Source: a virus. From it: a stretch of DNA of 64,000 nt. The DNA lies in the UHGV virus genome UHGV-0091736. One strand, given 5' to 3'. Numbering within the stretch: the first letter of the stretch is position 1; each line of letters begins with the position of its first letter. The notes under the pieces were generated by a model. The model was not told where the DNA came from. It searched no databases and saw nothing but the letters and a program-made list of their open reading frames with translations. Positions 29,681-39,541 of this stretch are shown here, in pieces. The position numbers were made by a program, and so were the translations under genes.

Positions 29681-31711
29681 TTAACCTCTATTCAATGAAC
29701 ATTTAGGAGAATTACAATAAACTTGATTCATAGAACCAAGCGTACAACTTTCAGCATCGCGCCACGGAATCTGCTTAAAACACTCTGAGCAGTATCCGAG
29801 GGTTGACCACATGGCTTTGGTGAAGTCAGTGCTTCGGTTTCCGTCGAAGCTGACAACAGTTTTGCGGAGAGCTGTTCGTGATTCAGGAAACACACCTGCT
29901 TTCTCAGCAGGTTCCTCCTTTTTTGGCTTAGTTGAGATTGCAAAAATACTGTTGCTACGTTTCTCAACATAAGCATCAACAACATCCTCCAGAGTGATGC
30001 CTGTTTGTTTCGCTGAGGAAGGTAATACAGTCATACGACCAATCATTTCTTCAGTTACACGTAAAGCAAACTCAGGACGACGGGTGTTTGTTGTATCTGT
30101 TGCTTTAATCCAGACATAACCATCTTTGATCGTAGCATTAGATACTTTCTTCTTTACTTCTACAGCGCAGACTTTACAGATATCTTCACCACGAAGACGA
30201 CTAAGTTCATCATCGAACTCATTCTCTGTTTTAACCTCACCACAGATTTCACAAACACCAATAGGAGTCTCCTCCTCTTCTTCCTCTTTAGGTTTAGTCA
30301 AACTTTCCAGACACTCTGGATGCCAGTAGCATTGATATGCGAAGACTGCTTTAGGTGCATCCTTCCAATCAATGTGCTTGTCACAACCACCACAATCACC
30401 ATGAGAGTGTGCTTCCCAGAATTTACGAGTGATAGTAACGCCATTCTTGTTGACGAAACTATCATTCATATCAAAAGGGATATCATCATCAAAATCAGCA
30501 GTAGTTGACTCAGGCTCCTTTTTCTCCAGAGATGGGTCAACAAAACGACCTGCTGTGATCACTAAACGAACCATAGCATTGACTTCGGAGATGCAGGATA
30601 CTGTCCCACGGTAAACAATTTTAGGGTCTTTCAGGGCATCCTGATAGGCCTTAATGTCTACGTTATGAACATCACCTTCGATATACTCTTGAGATTTCTC
30701 ATCGTAGATATAACCAATCATCTTACCACGAGAAGGGACAGCACCAGAAGTTGCATAAGGAACAAACTCATGCGGAGTGATTTCCACAGTCATGTCGCGG
30801 CGAATATCAATGTTTCGATCGCTTGCGATTTTGTTTTGACTTACCACTGCGTTTCTTCGACGAACATCTGCCGCCGTCACCCCCGGCTTCGTGTCGTAAG
30901 GATTGCTTGTACTGCTTTTTGAGGAGCTTTGATAGTTGCTTTGGCTGTAGTTGTTCGAGTAGTAACTGGCCCAACGATTGACTACCGTAAAAACCGGAAG
31001 CTCATGGGCGACCTCTTCAACCAGTGTCATGCTGTTATTTGACATGTCAAAGATGTACTCTGTACCAACCTTACATTCAAAATGCTCATCAATGCGGTTC
31101 TTGTGAGACTTCGAACGCTTCAGAATCCACATCAGCATATCTTCTTCAGAAGCACCAAACCAATCTTTATTACAACGTGCGAGATGGAAAGGACGTTCTT
31201 CGTTACGAATAATATGAAGCCGGTTATCAGAAGCATCATGCCAGATTAAAGTGAAAGCACCATCCAACTTTTGAATAGTCTCTGCTGCACCAATGGTGTT
31301 AATAGAGTGGCAGATGTTCTCGCTGTCTACCTCGAAGTTTTTACTGTCAGGTAACAGGTCTTGGTCAATCAAGGTTCCGTTATGAACCAGAGTGATGTTA
31401 CCGTGTTGGAAAGGATGGGCGTTCTTGGCGTTAACTGCACCTTTCGTTGCATGACGGCTGTGACCAACAATCCATGAAGGTGCTACAGTGTAAGATGTTT
31501 CACCAGTGGTATGCTTCTTATACTCATCTTGTAGGATGAATGCGAAAGAAGGAAGGGCTTCTTTATAAGTGAAGACCTCCTTAGTGCTCTTACGCTGACC
31601 AAAGATACCAGAAGAATGTTGTCCTCGGAATACCCCAGCATAAAAGAGTTGGTTGAATACGTCTAAATCGGTGCTTGACAGATTACCGCCAGCTAATACG
31701 ATGCCACAAAT
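29681..31711 (-). CDS. Class-II (Ntn) glutamine amidotransferase fused to a Cys-rich zinc-binding C-terminal domain; probable non-AUG (ATT) start
   Basis: Frame open 113 codons upstream of the track start, to a TAG; begins I-C-G-I-V-L-A-G-G with AGGTGG 9 nt upstream; RGQHSSGI, LVHNGTL; C-terminal HGDCGGC, CEICGEV. Confidence 0.65.
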   Translation of the reverse strand: MCGIVLAGGNLSSTDLDVFNQLFYAGVFRGQHSSGIFGQRKSTKEVFTYKEALPSFAFILQDEYKKHTTGETSYTVAPSWIVGHSRHATKGAVNAKNAHPFQHGNITLVHNGTLIDQDLLPDSKNFEVDSENICHSINTIGAAETIQKLDGAFTLIWHDASDNRLHIIRNEERPFHLARCNKDWFGASEEDMLMWILKRSKSHKNRIDEHFECKVGTEYIFDMSNNSMTLVEEVAHELPVFTVVNRWASYYSNNYSQSNYQSSSKSSTSNPYDTKPGVTAADVRRRNAVVSQNKIASDRNIDIRRDMTVEITPHEFVPYATSGAVPSRGKMIGYIYDEKSQEYIEGDVHNVDIKAYQDALKDPKIVYRGTVSCISEVNAMVRLVITAGRFVDPSLEKKEPESTTADFDDDIPFDMNDSFVNKNGVTITRKFWEAHSHGDCGGCDKHIDWKDAPKAVFAYQCYWHPECLESLTKPKEEEEEETPIGVCEICGEVKTENEFDDELSRLRGEDICKVCAVEVKKKVSNATIKDGYVWIKATDTTNTRRPEFALRVTEEMIGRMTVLPSSAKQTGITLEDVVDAYVEKRSNSIFAISTKPKKEEPAEKAGVFPESRTALRKTVVSFDGNRSTDFTKAMWSTLGYCSECFKQIPWRDAESCTLGSMNQVYCNSPKCSLNRG

Positions 31712-31790
31712 TTTCTAATCCACCTGAAGGGTAAACCCTTTCATCTAATTAACCTTTAAATTGTGCCCCTTTACCAGAGGCACCCATTGA

Positions 31791-32894
31791 TTACAGCGCT
31801 TGTTCTAACTGGTTTTCCAAATGGTCTGGAATGTACCCTGTGATATTGCTATCACTGTGACCTGACTCACGCAGCAAGTCAAAAATAGCACGGACACGTT
31901 GTTCTGGAGCGTGTCTTACTTGAGACAGGTCAGTTGTACTAAGCATAACCAGAATCTCTTGGTACAAGCTGTTAGCATTCCCTCGAACATATCCAAGGAA
32001 TCCATAGAAGTCTGGAATAAGACGTAAGTCAACAAGAGCTTCTCCGTTTGGGTTGGTTCGTCGTAAACGAATACGACCAGACTGCTCTACTTCATGAGAA
32101 CGGCAATACAAAACATCACGGGCCATACAATATCCTGAATGCAAATCCAACTCATCCAGATTGTAATCCAGAGGGAGATAAGGGAGCATTGGAGTGAATC
32201 GTACAGTATTTAAATGCTCAACAAACTGATCATTGCTCATATCTGCGTTATCTAAAGCCAGCTTCTTCAACATCAAGAAACGGTTAACCAAATTGAGAAG
32301 TTGACCACGTTTCCACTTAGGCTCACTGATACGGAACTCAATCGAACCATATTGGGCAAGTGGCAGAAGGTTCAGAGATGTGTATTTATCCCATGAACGA
32401 ACCAGACGGTTGAAGAATTCTTCACCATCGTAGTTAAATGCGTCAGAGGCATTCATCACCTGTGCTTGTACCACTGCAAACGCAGGGCAGAAGTTGCTAC
32501 GGTAACGATGGTAGCCCGAACACTTGAACAACATCTTTTCATAGAAGGTCCAAGCGAGAATGGTTTTCTTGAGGATATTACTATCAGCATCCCTCATATC
32601 CATATGAACGTGAGTAGAGCAACGCCAAGTCCCCTCGGCGTGCGATTCAGCTACTGCTTCACTCAGGTTGTTGATAGCGTCTAACAACTCCTGTCCATTG
32701 TAAGGCCGTGAACATACCATTTCACAACCATTACGCAGGGAACCATCCTCTGTACAATCCCACATATCTGCTTCGATATGATCGGAACCTTCGAGTTCAA
32801 GTTCAATACCGACACCGCACTGAAGTGCAATTGAACTATGCTCCTCAGTTAAACGACCTTCTCGATATCCAAAAGTTTGCGCTACAGTTGTCAT
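31791..32894 (-). CDS. Amidoligase-like (glutamine synthetase-fold carboxylate-amine ligase) protein
   Basis: VGIELELEG ... EDGSL ... STHVHMD motifs. Confidence 0.45.
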   Translation of the reverse strand: MTTVAQTFGYREGRLTEEHSSIALQCGVGIELELEGSDHIEADMWDCTEDGSLRNGCEMVCSRPYNGQELLDAINNLSEAVAESHAEGTWRCSTHVHMDMRDADSNILKKTILAWTFYEKMLFKCSGYHRYRSNFCPAFAVVQAQVMNASDAFNYDGEEFFNRLVRSWDKYTSLNLLPLAQYGSIEFRISEPKWKRGQLLNLVNRFLMLKKLALDNADMSNDQFVEHLNTVRFTPMLPYLPLDYNLDELDLHSGYCMARDVLYCRSHEVEQSGRIRLRRTNPNGEALVDLRLIPDFYGFLGYVRGNANSLYQEILVMLSTTDLSQVRHAPEQRVRAIFDLLRESGHSDSNITGYIPDHLENQLEQAL

Positions 32895-33508
32895 AACGAA
32901 TCCACCAACGTAATATTATAATTGCTAAGGTTTTCAGAAATGTGATGAAAGTGTTCCAGAAGTCGCATCGGTTGCTGACCGTAAGAGTCACGAGGTGCTT
33001 CCAGATCTACTTGCCCTACCAGTGCACCTTTATAATGCACCTTACCATCAGTAGGGTTGATGTAAATATAACGAGTAACCAATCCCTCGAATTCAGGATT
33101 GAACAGACTGTAAACCATCTCCCCGGAGATAGCACGACCAACACCCGGAGCATTTCGAATCTTGTTACCCATCAAACCCTTTGCTCTCTGACGAACAGGG
33201 TTAATATGAGTCCAACTTACAGTGTTACCGTTATGGAACAGATAACCAACATCAGGTGATTCAAGAATCAAGGTTGGGTCGAACACTGGAATATTCATCG
33301 TAGTGTTTCGAAGGTGCCCTTGCTCATTCTTGTACCACTGCTCTACAACAAAATACAGAGCCTGCTCTGCTTCGTGAGAGAAGTCATCGCTGCGGAAGTT
33401 ACCGCTCTGCTCAACACCAATCACAAAACATGGAAGGTTGATATTACCTGCTCGTTTAGCAATCCATGTACCATTATAGTAATGAGAAAAATCAGCTACT
33501 AAGCTCAC
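32891..33508 (-). CDS. Hypothetical enzyme-sized protein
   Basis: ORF only. Confidence 0.35.
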   Translation of the reverse strand: MSLVADFSHYYNGTWIAKRAGNINLPCFVIGVEQSGNFRSDDFSHEAEQALYFVVEQWYKNEQGHLRNTTMNIPVFDPTLILESPDVGYLFHNGNTVSWTHINPVRQRAKGLMGNKIRNAPGVGRAISGEMVYSLFNPEFEGLVTRYIYINPTDGKVHYKGALVGQVDLEAPRDSYGQQPMRLLEHFHHISENLSNYNITLVDSL

Positions 33509-33517
33509 GATAACCTC

Positions 33518-34324
33518 TTATGCTACCTGAAGGAGTTTGATCTGCTGGTCCGCTTCTTTAACGTTGTTGCCGTTAATGATTTCATGAAGCTTCTCAATCG
33601 GAAGGCGAGAGTGCAATGCCATCAGAGTGGACATATCACACTGCTGAACAACCTTGTCAACCTGATCGTAAACAAACTTACGGTTTTCACGATCGCTAAT
33701 CCAGAAGTTAGACAGCGAACGATATTCGATACCATAGTCTTTATAACGGATTGCAGATGCTTTACCGTAGAGTTCTTTACGGCGAGTATCTTTGTCCATA
33801 ATTACTGCTGGGAGTGATAGGAAGTAGTCACACAGCACACCAAGCATCATCTGAGTTTGCAGAGTGATATCCAAAGCCCCAACGACACCAAGATGTACGT
33901 GACCACCGGCAGTACGAAGTCCCTTATTCTGAGAAGTTGGGGATGGGTTTTTCTGACCAGTGAAAGCGTTGAAGTCAGGAGTGCATCCAAAGATGAACGC
34001 TGATTCATTAAAGGTCTTCATCTCTTCTTCGGTGAAGATGTGAGAGCTGACACCCGGAGCTGTTTCCATATCCAGTTTGTTCAGGACTTTATTGGTGAGA
34101 TCAATACCACGTTGCATGTTATCATTAAACGCTTCAAAACCGCTCTGTGGGTCAATATCAAACTCAGCCAATACGTTGTCCTCTTGAAGACGAACATCCT
34201 TAGCCAGAGCGATCTTATCGTCCTTAGAGCAGCCTAGAAGACCGGCTACAGAGGTGATGATGCCGTTGCTAGTACGAACGAAGAGCTCAGGGTCGCTGCC
34301 TATTAAGAATTTGCGCTTAGTCAT
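33518..34324 (-). CDS. Second amidoligase-like protein (tentative)
   Basis: GSDPELF and GGHVHLG motifs. Confidence 0.35.
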   Translation of the reverse strand: MTKRKFLIGSDPELFVRTSNGIITSVAGLLGCSKDDKIALAKDVRLQEDNVLAEFDIDPQSGFEAFNDNMQRGIDLTNKVLNKLDMETAPGVSSHIFTEEEMKTFNESAFIFGCTPDFNAFTGQKNPSPTSQNKGLRTAGGHVHLGVVGALDITLQTQMMLGVLCDYFLSLPAVIMDKDTRRKELYGKASAIRYKDYGIEYRSLSNFWISDRENRKFVYDQVDKVVQQCDMSTLMALHSRLPIEKLHEIINGNNVKEADQQIKLLQVA

Positions 34325-35288
34325 TGTAATACTCCACTAGTTCAGAAAAGAGAGATGAGATTGTGTTACCAACTTCTTCAAGTGTAAGTCCAGAGCTTGG
34401 ACCAGTACGTTGAATCAGTCGGGCTGTAAAGTTTTGTACTGTAATGTTTTCCAACTTATTGTCTATTGTTTCACGTTTGTGACCATGACAGTTGGACCAG
34501 AGTTTTAACCACCCTGACATTGTTTCATACTCGTCTGGGTCTTGATCTTTATCAAGAGCAAACCCTCGTAAGGCCTCTGGGTTATGGTTACGAACATAAC
34601 CATTCTCATTGTAACCAACACCGAAGGGGTTTTGAACCCATACTTGCTTCGTGTACTCATCAGAGTCTACAACCAAAGGAAGGAATGCTGCTGCTGACAT
34701 ACCATTGTTGATAAGAATGGCTGTGTTCTCTCCACTCCCATTGGGGATTCCTCGTTGAGACCATCCACCGAAGAAGTCACGACCTAACCCAGCTAACACT
34801 AGAGCGATGCCTATGCGTTTACGCTTCAGCCACTCTTCCCTGTCTTCAATTCCTTCTGCTAGGAAATCCATTCCACGATACTGCCCTTCCAGAATACTAC
34901 GAAAGAGCATAAGTCCTGTGAAGATCTGATCTGCTGGATGCTCACGAAGGTTGACAGCAACACTGTTCGCTGAAGTGATAGTAAATACATCACGATAGCA
35001 AGACATGGAGTTCATAATGTCTGCTGTTTCAACCAAGATCTTTTCAATCTCAGATGCAGGGTGATTGTGAAAAGAGTGAGTCCAGTAATTCAACATCTCC
35101 AGTTGCAAGTTGATACCACGGTTGAAGCGTTTATGACGCCCATCTTCCATGATATATTCGCCATTAATGTCAATTAAGAGGTGGCTTTGCATGTAGTTGT
35201 GGACACCGAAGCACCCACAACCTAAGAACTTCTGTTCCCCTAAACCCTGTTGAAGATTTAGAGGCACGATCGTTGTAGAGATTGCCAT
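34317..35288 (-). CDS. Hypothetical protein in enzyme module
   Basis: ORF only. Confidence 0.35.
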   Translation of the reverse strand: MAISTTIVPLNLQQGLGEQKFLGCGCFGVHNYMQSHLLIDINGEYIMEDGRHKRFNRGINLQLEMLNYWTHSFHNHPASEIEKILVETADIMNSMSCYRDVFTITSANSVAVNLREHPADQIFTGLMLFRSILEGQYRGMDFLAEGIEDREEWLKRKRIGIALVLAGLGRDFFGGWSQRGIPNGSGENTAILINNGMSAAAFLPLVVDSDEYTKQVWVQNPFGVGYNENGYVRNHNPEALRGFALDKDQDPDEYETMSGWLKLWSNCHGHKRETIDNKLENITVQNFTARLIQRTGPSSGLTLEEVGNTISSLFSELVEYYND

Positions 35289-35298
35289 AACTAACCTT

Positions 35299-36495
35299 TT
35301 ATTTTCCTAAAAATAATCCGCTCATAATACCATCCCATTCAGAGGATGGAACCACTGAATACTCCGAACTTTGGTCCAGAGTTCCACTACTAAATCGCTG
35401 AATAATGTTATAGATGTTGAACATATCCTTAGTCTCGATACGATTACCGTAGATTAATTTGTCAGCTGTTCTTTCACCTTTAGATGCACGACGGACAAAG
35501 TTAACCAGAAGATTATCACATTTAAGTGTTTCTGACCCACTCTCTACTAAATCGGGGTGCATCACCGGCAAGAACATTGAGTTATTAACTCGTAATTCTG
35601 ATGTTTCGTTATTTTCATAACTTATCCATCTAAAATCTTCATCACGGAAGTGGCCACACCCATCTCTATACGACTGTTGACGCCAAGGCACTTTAAACGC
35701 TTCAGCATACTTGTTAGCCATACCAACTGTAAACAGTGATGACGGGAAGATACAAGCATCCCAATCATTACCAACCAGAGTTGATTTTGTTTCCCCCAAG
35801 AGGTTAGTGTAAGTGCTAACCATTCTGGAGTAAACATAAGCCTGAAGGATTGTCCAGCCTTCAACCAACCATTTATGAAGGAAGGTTTCGACCTGACTCT
35901 CTTCTTCTTCGCAATAGAAGGTTCGATCTAACATTAAATAGAACAGACAACGGTCAGCATGAACGTTCTCAGTTGCTACACCCATAAAACCTTTTTCGTG
36001 CCAGCGTAAACAGGAGGGACGGTCTTTGTCCACAAATGCTTCCATAGCTTCCAGTACAGCACGAGGTGTGGTTTGATATTCAGGGTTTTTGTCGTTCCAG
36101 CGTTCGATGTTATTTTTAAGCTCACCTTCGTAATCAATAGCACCCCAACCCAACCCTTTGGTTACGGGTTTTTCATCACGCCAGCTCAGAAAACCTAACA
36201 TGTCTAAGTGTGTTCCAGAGTTCCAGATATGTTTGATATTGCACATATCCATCTCTCGACTCAACAAGAAGTCTTGCCCATCAGCACTACTAATGTTAGA
36301 TGCTTCGCTCCACACTCGAACGTGCATATTCCACCCATGGGTTGCCTCATAGGTGTTAGGTTCAAAATATTCATCATATTCCTCATCATCTTCATCAACG
36401 CCACCATTATAGTTGCGAAGCTGAAGGAATCCATAGCAAGGAGGATAGACCGTTAAAACTTTACCTTCAGTATCTTCTAATGTTACTGGAAACAT
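35299..36495 (-). CDS. Hypothetical protein in enzyme module
   Basis: ORF only. Confidence 0.35.
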   Translation of the reverse strand: MFPVTLEDTEGKVLTVYPPCYGFLQLRNYNGGVDEDDEEYDEYFEPNTYEATHGWNMHVRVWSEASNISSADGQDFLLSREMDMCNIKHIWNSGTHLDMLGFLSWRDEKPVTKGLGWGAIDYEGELKNNIERWNDKNPEYQTTPRAVLEAMEAFVDKDRPSCLRWHEKGFMGVATENVHADRCLFYLMLDRTFYCEEEESQVETFLHKWLVEGWTILQAYVYSRMVSTYTNLLGETKSTLVGNDWDACIFPSSLFTVGMANKYAEAFKVPWRQQSYRDGCGHFRDEDFRWISYENNETSELRVNNSMFLPVMHPDLVESGSETLKCDNLLVNFVRRASKGERTADKLIYGNRIETKDMFNIYNIIQRFSSGTLDQSSEYSVVPSSEWDGIMSGLFLGK

Positions 36496-36506
36496 TATAC
36501 CAACCT

Positions 36507-36869
36507 CTATTGGTTTTTAATCAACTCAATTGACTTACGGATATAAAGAATATCTCGGAAGTTTCTGTAGTTGTTCATAAATTGGTGCTTCTGAAACTCA
36601 GCTTCAAGCAGAGATTCTTTAGCACTTTCGTAGTTCTGGCGGGCAAGATGTACAACCCGCTCTGGTAACGTGTTTGCGCGACGTATGACATACTTGTGAG
36701 CTTTCATATTACTTTGCTCACGAGCAATCTTACTTTTCGCTACCGTAATACCATTTGCAATCCAAGCAAGTTCTTGCTCAAGTTCTTCGTTGGACATACC
36801 ACCGAGGTTTGATGCAACCTTGTTCAGAGTTTCAATATTAACGTTGCCCTTAATGGGACGTGTATTCAT
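36507..36869 (-). CDS. Hypothetical protein
   Basis: ORF only. Confidence 0.35.
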   Translation of the reverse strand: MNTRPIKGNVNIETLNKVASNLGGMSNEELEQELAWIANGITVAKSKIAREQSNMKAHKYVIRRANTLPERVVHLARQNYESAKESLLEAEFQKHQFMNNYRNFRDILYIRKSIELIKNQ

Positions 36870-36871
36870 AC

Positions 36872-37024
36872 TTACTCCTGTTGTTTACACTCGTCAATAA
36901 CCCACTGATAAGTGGATTGCCCAGAAAAGAAACACTGAATAAATCCAGATGTTCTCTGCGTTACCAGTGCTAGTGCACAAATCACTATAGCTGCTGCTAG
37001 CAGTTTTAAATCTAATTTAGACAT
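36872..37024 (-). CDS. Small secreted/membrane peptide (50 aa), not in the ORF track
   Basis: N-terminal hydrophobic segment LLAAAIVICALALV; stop followed by the next ATG. Confidence 0.3.
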   Translation of the reverse strand: MSKLDLKLLAAAIVICALALVTQRTSGFIQCFFSGQSTYQWVIDECKQQE

Positions 37025-37220
37025 ATTTCCTCTCGTTGAATTTAAAAAAGGACTCTCCGAAAAGAGTCAAGCTTTAAACACAAAAAGATATTACCCAATA
37101 TCTGTGGATAACCTGCTCTTAAAATATCTATCCGACGGATGTTTGAGGAATATCCCTCGCCCTAGCATCGGCCCCATACGGGAAATATATTAAGGTTAGG
37201 TTAGTTGAGTCAGAATAACT

Positions 37221-37250
37221 CACATAGCCCTCCGAAGAAGGCTATAGGCG
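37221..37250 (-). repeat. Conserved hairpin element CACATAGCCCT ... GGCTAT (copy 1)
   Basis: Near-identical element recurs at 42040-42070. Confidence 0.4.
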
Positions 37251-37259
37251 TTACTACAA

Positions 37260-37475
37260 CTAAAAGTCACTTGATTCTACAAAAGCATCACTAAGGATTT
37301 CGTCAATTTCTTTGTTAGTCAAATCTTTCCTGAACCAACAACAAGGTACATCCACCCATTGACCAGAGTTGTTTTCTACAGAGCATCTATTGCCTGTCTT
37401 ACTCTTGCATTTATAGGTTTTACCTTTGTCTAGACGGTAGTGTATCCTGTAAACGACCGACACAAGTGTTATCAT
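37260..37475 (-). CDS. Hypothetical Cys-rich protein
   Basis: ORF only. Confidence 0.35.
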   Translation of the reverse strand: MITLVSVVYRIHYRLDKGKTYKCKSKTGNRCSVENNSGQWVDVPCCWFRKDLTNKEIDEILSDAFVESSDF

Positions 37476-37708
37476 TACTCGCCTTTCTTAGCACGATCTT
37501 TGGCAGTTTTGCCAGTGCGGATGCGATGAGAAACGTTAACCAGAGTGCCACCATCAACTACGGTAACGCTCTTGTTTTTAGCCAGATCAAACACAGTTTT
37601 CTCCGTGCCGCCCAAGCGAATTTGCTTAGGCTCACTGAAGGTTTGGGTTGATTTGGATTGGAACTGGAACGGTTGACGGATTGCATCGATTGCGCTTACT
37701 TTAGACAT
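37475..37708 (-). CDS. Hypothetical protein
   Basis: ORF only. Confidence 0.35.
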   Translation of the reverse strand: MSKVSAIDAIRQPFQFQSKSTQTFSEPKQIRLGGTEKTVFDLAKNKSVTVVDGGTLVNVSHRIRTGKTAKDRAKKGE

Positions 37709-37780
37709 AGGGGAAATTCCTTAAAAAGTCATGGCTGCGTAGAGGGAATTCCCTACGCAAATTGGGCCGCCCACAGGGAG

Positions 37781-37799
37781 GCGTCATAGTACTAAAAGA
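37781..37799 (-). repeat. Conserved intergenic element GCGTCATAGTACTAAAAGA (copy 1)
   Basis: Identical 19-mer recurs at 44103-44121; both downstream of minus-strand genes. Confidence 0.4.
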
Positions 37800-37941
37800 A
37801 GGAGAGAAGAGGGCTTATTTAGCTACCTTTTCTGTCCATTTACAAACCAGATAATCGAACCATCAGGCTGTCGTTGACCTAAGCTTTTCTGGTTAATCAT
37901 ATCGTCATAAGAATATGCTTTACGTCTCATTTGTTTTCCTA

Positions 37942-38154
37942 TTAACAGGCGTAGTTACTTAGGTATACATGCCGATCTCTCAGCACCTCACCAAGAAAAG
38001 ATTTGTAATCTTCTGTTATTCCAGAATAAAACTTCTCTTTAGCTTCTTCTTCAGACACTTTCCACAACTTAGAAAGTTGATTGAACAAGACTTCCTCAGA
38101 GGAGAATAGTAGGTATGCATTCTGGATGAGTATGTCTTTCTCTTCTTGAGTCAT
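37942..38154 (-). CDS. Hypothetical protein
   Basis: ORF only. Confidence 0.35.
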   Translation of the reverse strand: MTQEEKDILIQNAYLLFSSEEVLFNQLSKLWKVSEEEAKEKFYSGITEDYKSFLGEVLRDRHVYLSNYAC

Positions 38155-38161
38155 ATACCAC

Positions 38162-38410
38162 CTACGGAGTTAAGATAATTTCAGCCTTACTAAACTTCTC
38201 ACCAACAACCATATCACCAGAGATGACACGTAGTTCTCCCGTGCCCAAGTTAACAGCTCCAGCAGGTTGGAAACCTCTGCTCTTTGCTGTCAGCATGTAA
38301 GTCTTTTGAAGATGGCACTCTTGGAGAGTGAACACATCTGACATATTTAGGTCTTTAACACGGAGGACTGTTTCCTCTTTGCTCTTAACTTTAACATGAA
38401 TAGTGCTCAT
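38162..38410 (-). CDS. Small protein, member of the tandem paralog family
   Basis: SDVF ... AVNLGTG. Confidence 0.4.
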   Translation of the reverse strand: MSTIHVKVKSKEETVLRVKDLNMSDVFTLQECHLQKTYMLTAKSRGFQPAGAVNLGTGELRVISGDMVVGEKFSKAEIILTP

Positions 38411-38412
38411 AA

Positions 38413-38658
38413 TTACTCCTGAACCACTGACATACGAATTACTTCAACTGGGGTATCACTTTTCATAACACCCAGTACGCCAGTAAGAAGATTAACGGTC
38501 GTAATCCAACCCTCTTCTACAGAGATTTTGTTGGATACATTATTAACACGGATGTGGTACTGAGGAGTTGCTGTTCCTCTCTGAACTACGAAAGGGTTTC
38601 CGGGAATAATTGTAGCCAGTGAAACAGTGTTATCTTTAATCTTTGGGATGATTTTCAT
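38413..38658 (-). CDS. Small protein, member of the tandem paralog family
   Basis: GNPF ... TVNLLTG. Confidence 0.4.
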   Translation of the reverse strand: MKIIPKIKDNTVSLATIIPGNPFVVQRGTATPQYHIRVNNVSNKISVEEGWITTVNLLTGVLGVMKSDTPVEVIRMSVVQE

Positions 38659-38906
38659 TGCGTATTATCCACCAAAAGTTCTGCTGATACAGGAACAACC
38701 TGACAACGACCAAGAGGGGCTGAAACAACCCCATCACCTAGCCGGAGAGTAGGTATCCGGTTATCTGGGATTTTGATGTTAGGACTTAAGGTAACAATTC
38801 CTTTCACATAAAGATCTTCATTGTGTGGGAATTTAAACACAGAACCATTAGCTAGAGAGCTTAGCTCTACTGCTTCTACTTCCTCTTTCTTATATGTGAT
38901 TTTCAT
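38655..38906 (-). CDS. Small protein, member of the tandem paralog family
   Basis: LANGSVF motif. Confidence 0.4.
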   Translation of the reverse strand: MKITYKKEEVEAVELSSLANGSVFKFPHNEDLYVKGIVTLSPNIKIPDNRIPTLRLGDGVVSAPLGRCQVVPVSAELLVDNTQ

Positions 38907-38914
38907 ATTGATTC

Positions 38915-39226
38915 CTATTTAAGTTTGAGGCTAATGTTAAGGTGCATACATGCCCTGTTCTGTACAGCAGCATAACTTCTACCGAGCATGTCAGCCATTC
39001 TCTGAATAGACATGAACCCAGCATTACGGATAAGGAACTGGTCTTCTTCTTTAGACCACTTAACTCGGATTGAAGCTCTTGATATTCCGAATTTAGTACA
39101 AGCTGTGTTAACTGCATTCTCCGTTACATTCATAATCTGAGCAACTTCTTGAACCGAGTACTCTTTGATTAGTCTCCGAAGATTTTCAATCTGCATCGGA
39201 GTCCATATAGTTCTTCGAGCTTTCAT
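38915..39226 (-). CDS. Tandem helix-turn-helix DNA-binding protein
   Basis: Two W-initiated repeats each with HTH-like segments. Confidence 0.4.
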   Translation of the reverse strand: MKARRTIWTPMQIENLRRLIKEYSVQEVAQIMNVTENAVNTACTKFGISRASIRVKWSKEEDQFLIRNAGFMSIQRMADMLGRSYAAVQNRACMHLNISLKLK

Positions 39227-39240
39227 ACATCCTCCAATTA

Positions 39241-39540
39241 AACATTTATATAAGACTTGCTTAGATAAAGATTCAATAAAATAGGGGGAGGGGACGAATC
39301 CTCCCTTATCCTATTAGTCAATATTGCATGTAAGATCTAACAATCGGTTGCCTTTGTAGGAATAAGCGTTATGCTAATCCAGCACTAAACTCCCGCCCCC
39401 TTAGTGGGCTGGGTTATTAAAGGGTAACGCCCTTATGGGCTAGTTACATGAATGTTAGTTTGATAGGAGATCTGAAGTCCTATCTCAAAGGACTCTCGTA
39501 AGAATCCTTCACGATAGTCACGCTTTGAGCGTGGTAGCTC
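39241..39540. other. 300-nt noncoding region with several stable hairpins
   Basis: No ORF; inverted repeats GGGAGG/CCTCCC, AAGGG/CCCTT, AGTCCT/AGGACT. Confidence 0.3.
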
Positions 39541-39541
39541 C

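Noticed and set aside
35299-36495. Thymidylate synthase / dNMP hydroxymethylase identity for the 398-aa protein, based on a PPCY motif resembling the ThyA catalytic PCH
   Set aside because: The motif is within the first 25 residues rather than mid-protein and no other ThyA motifs were found; likely coincidental.
39284-39312. T-arm-like sequence GGAGG-GGACGAAT-CCTCC
   Set aside because: The loop is 8 nt and no matching acceptor stem exists upstream; treated as a plain hairpin.
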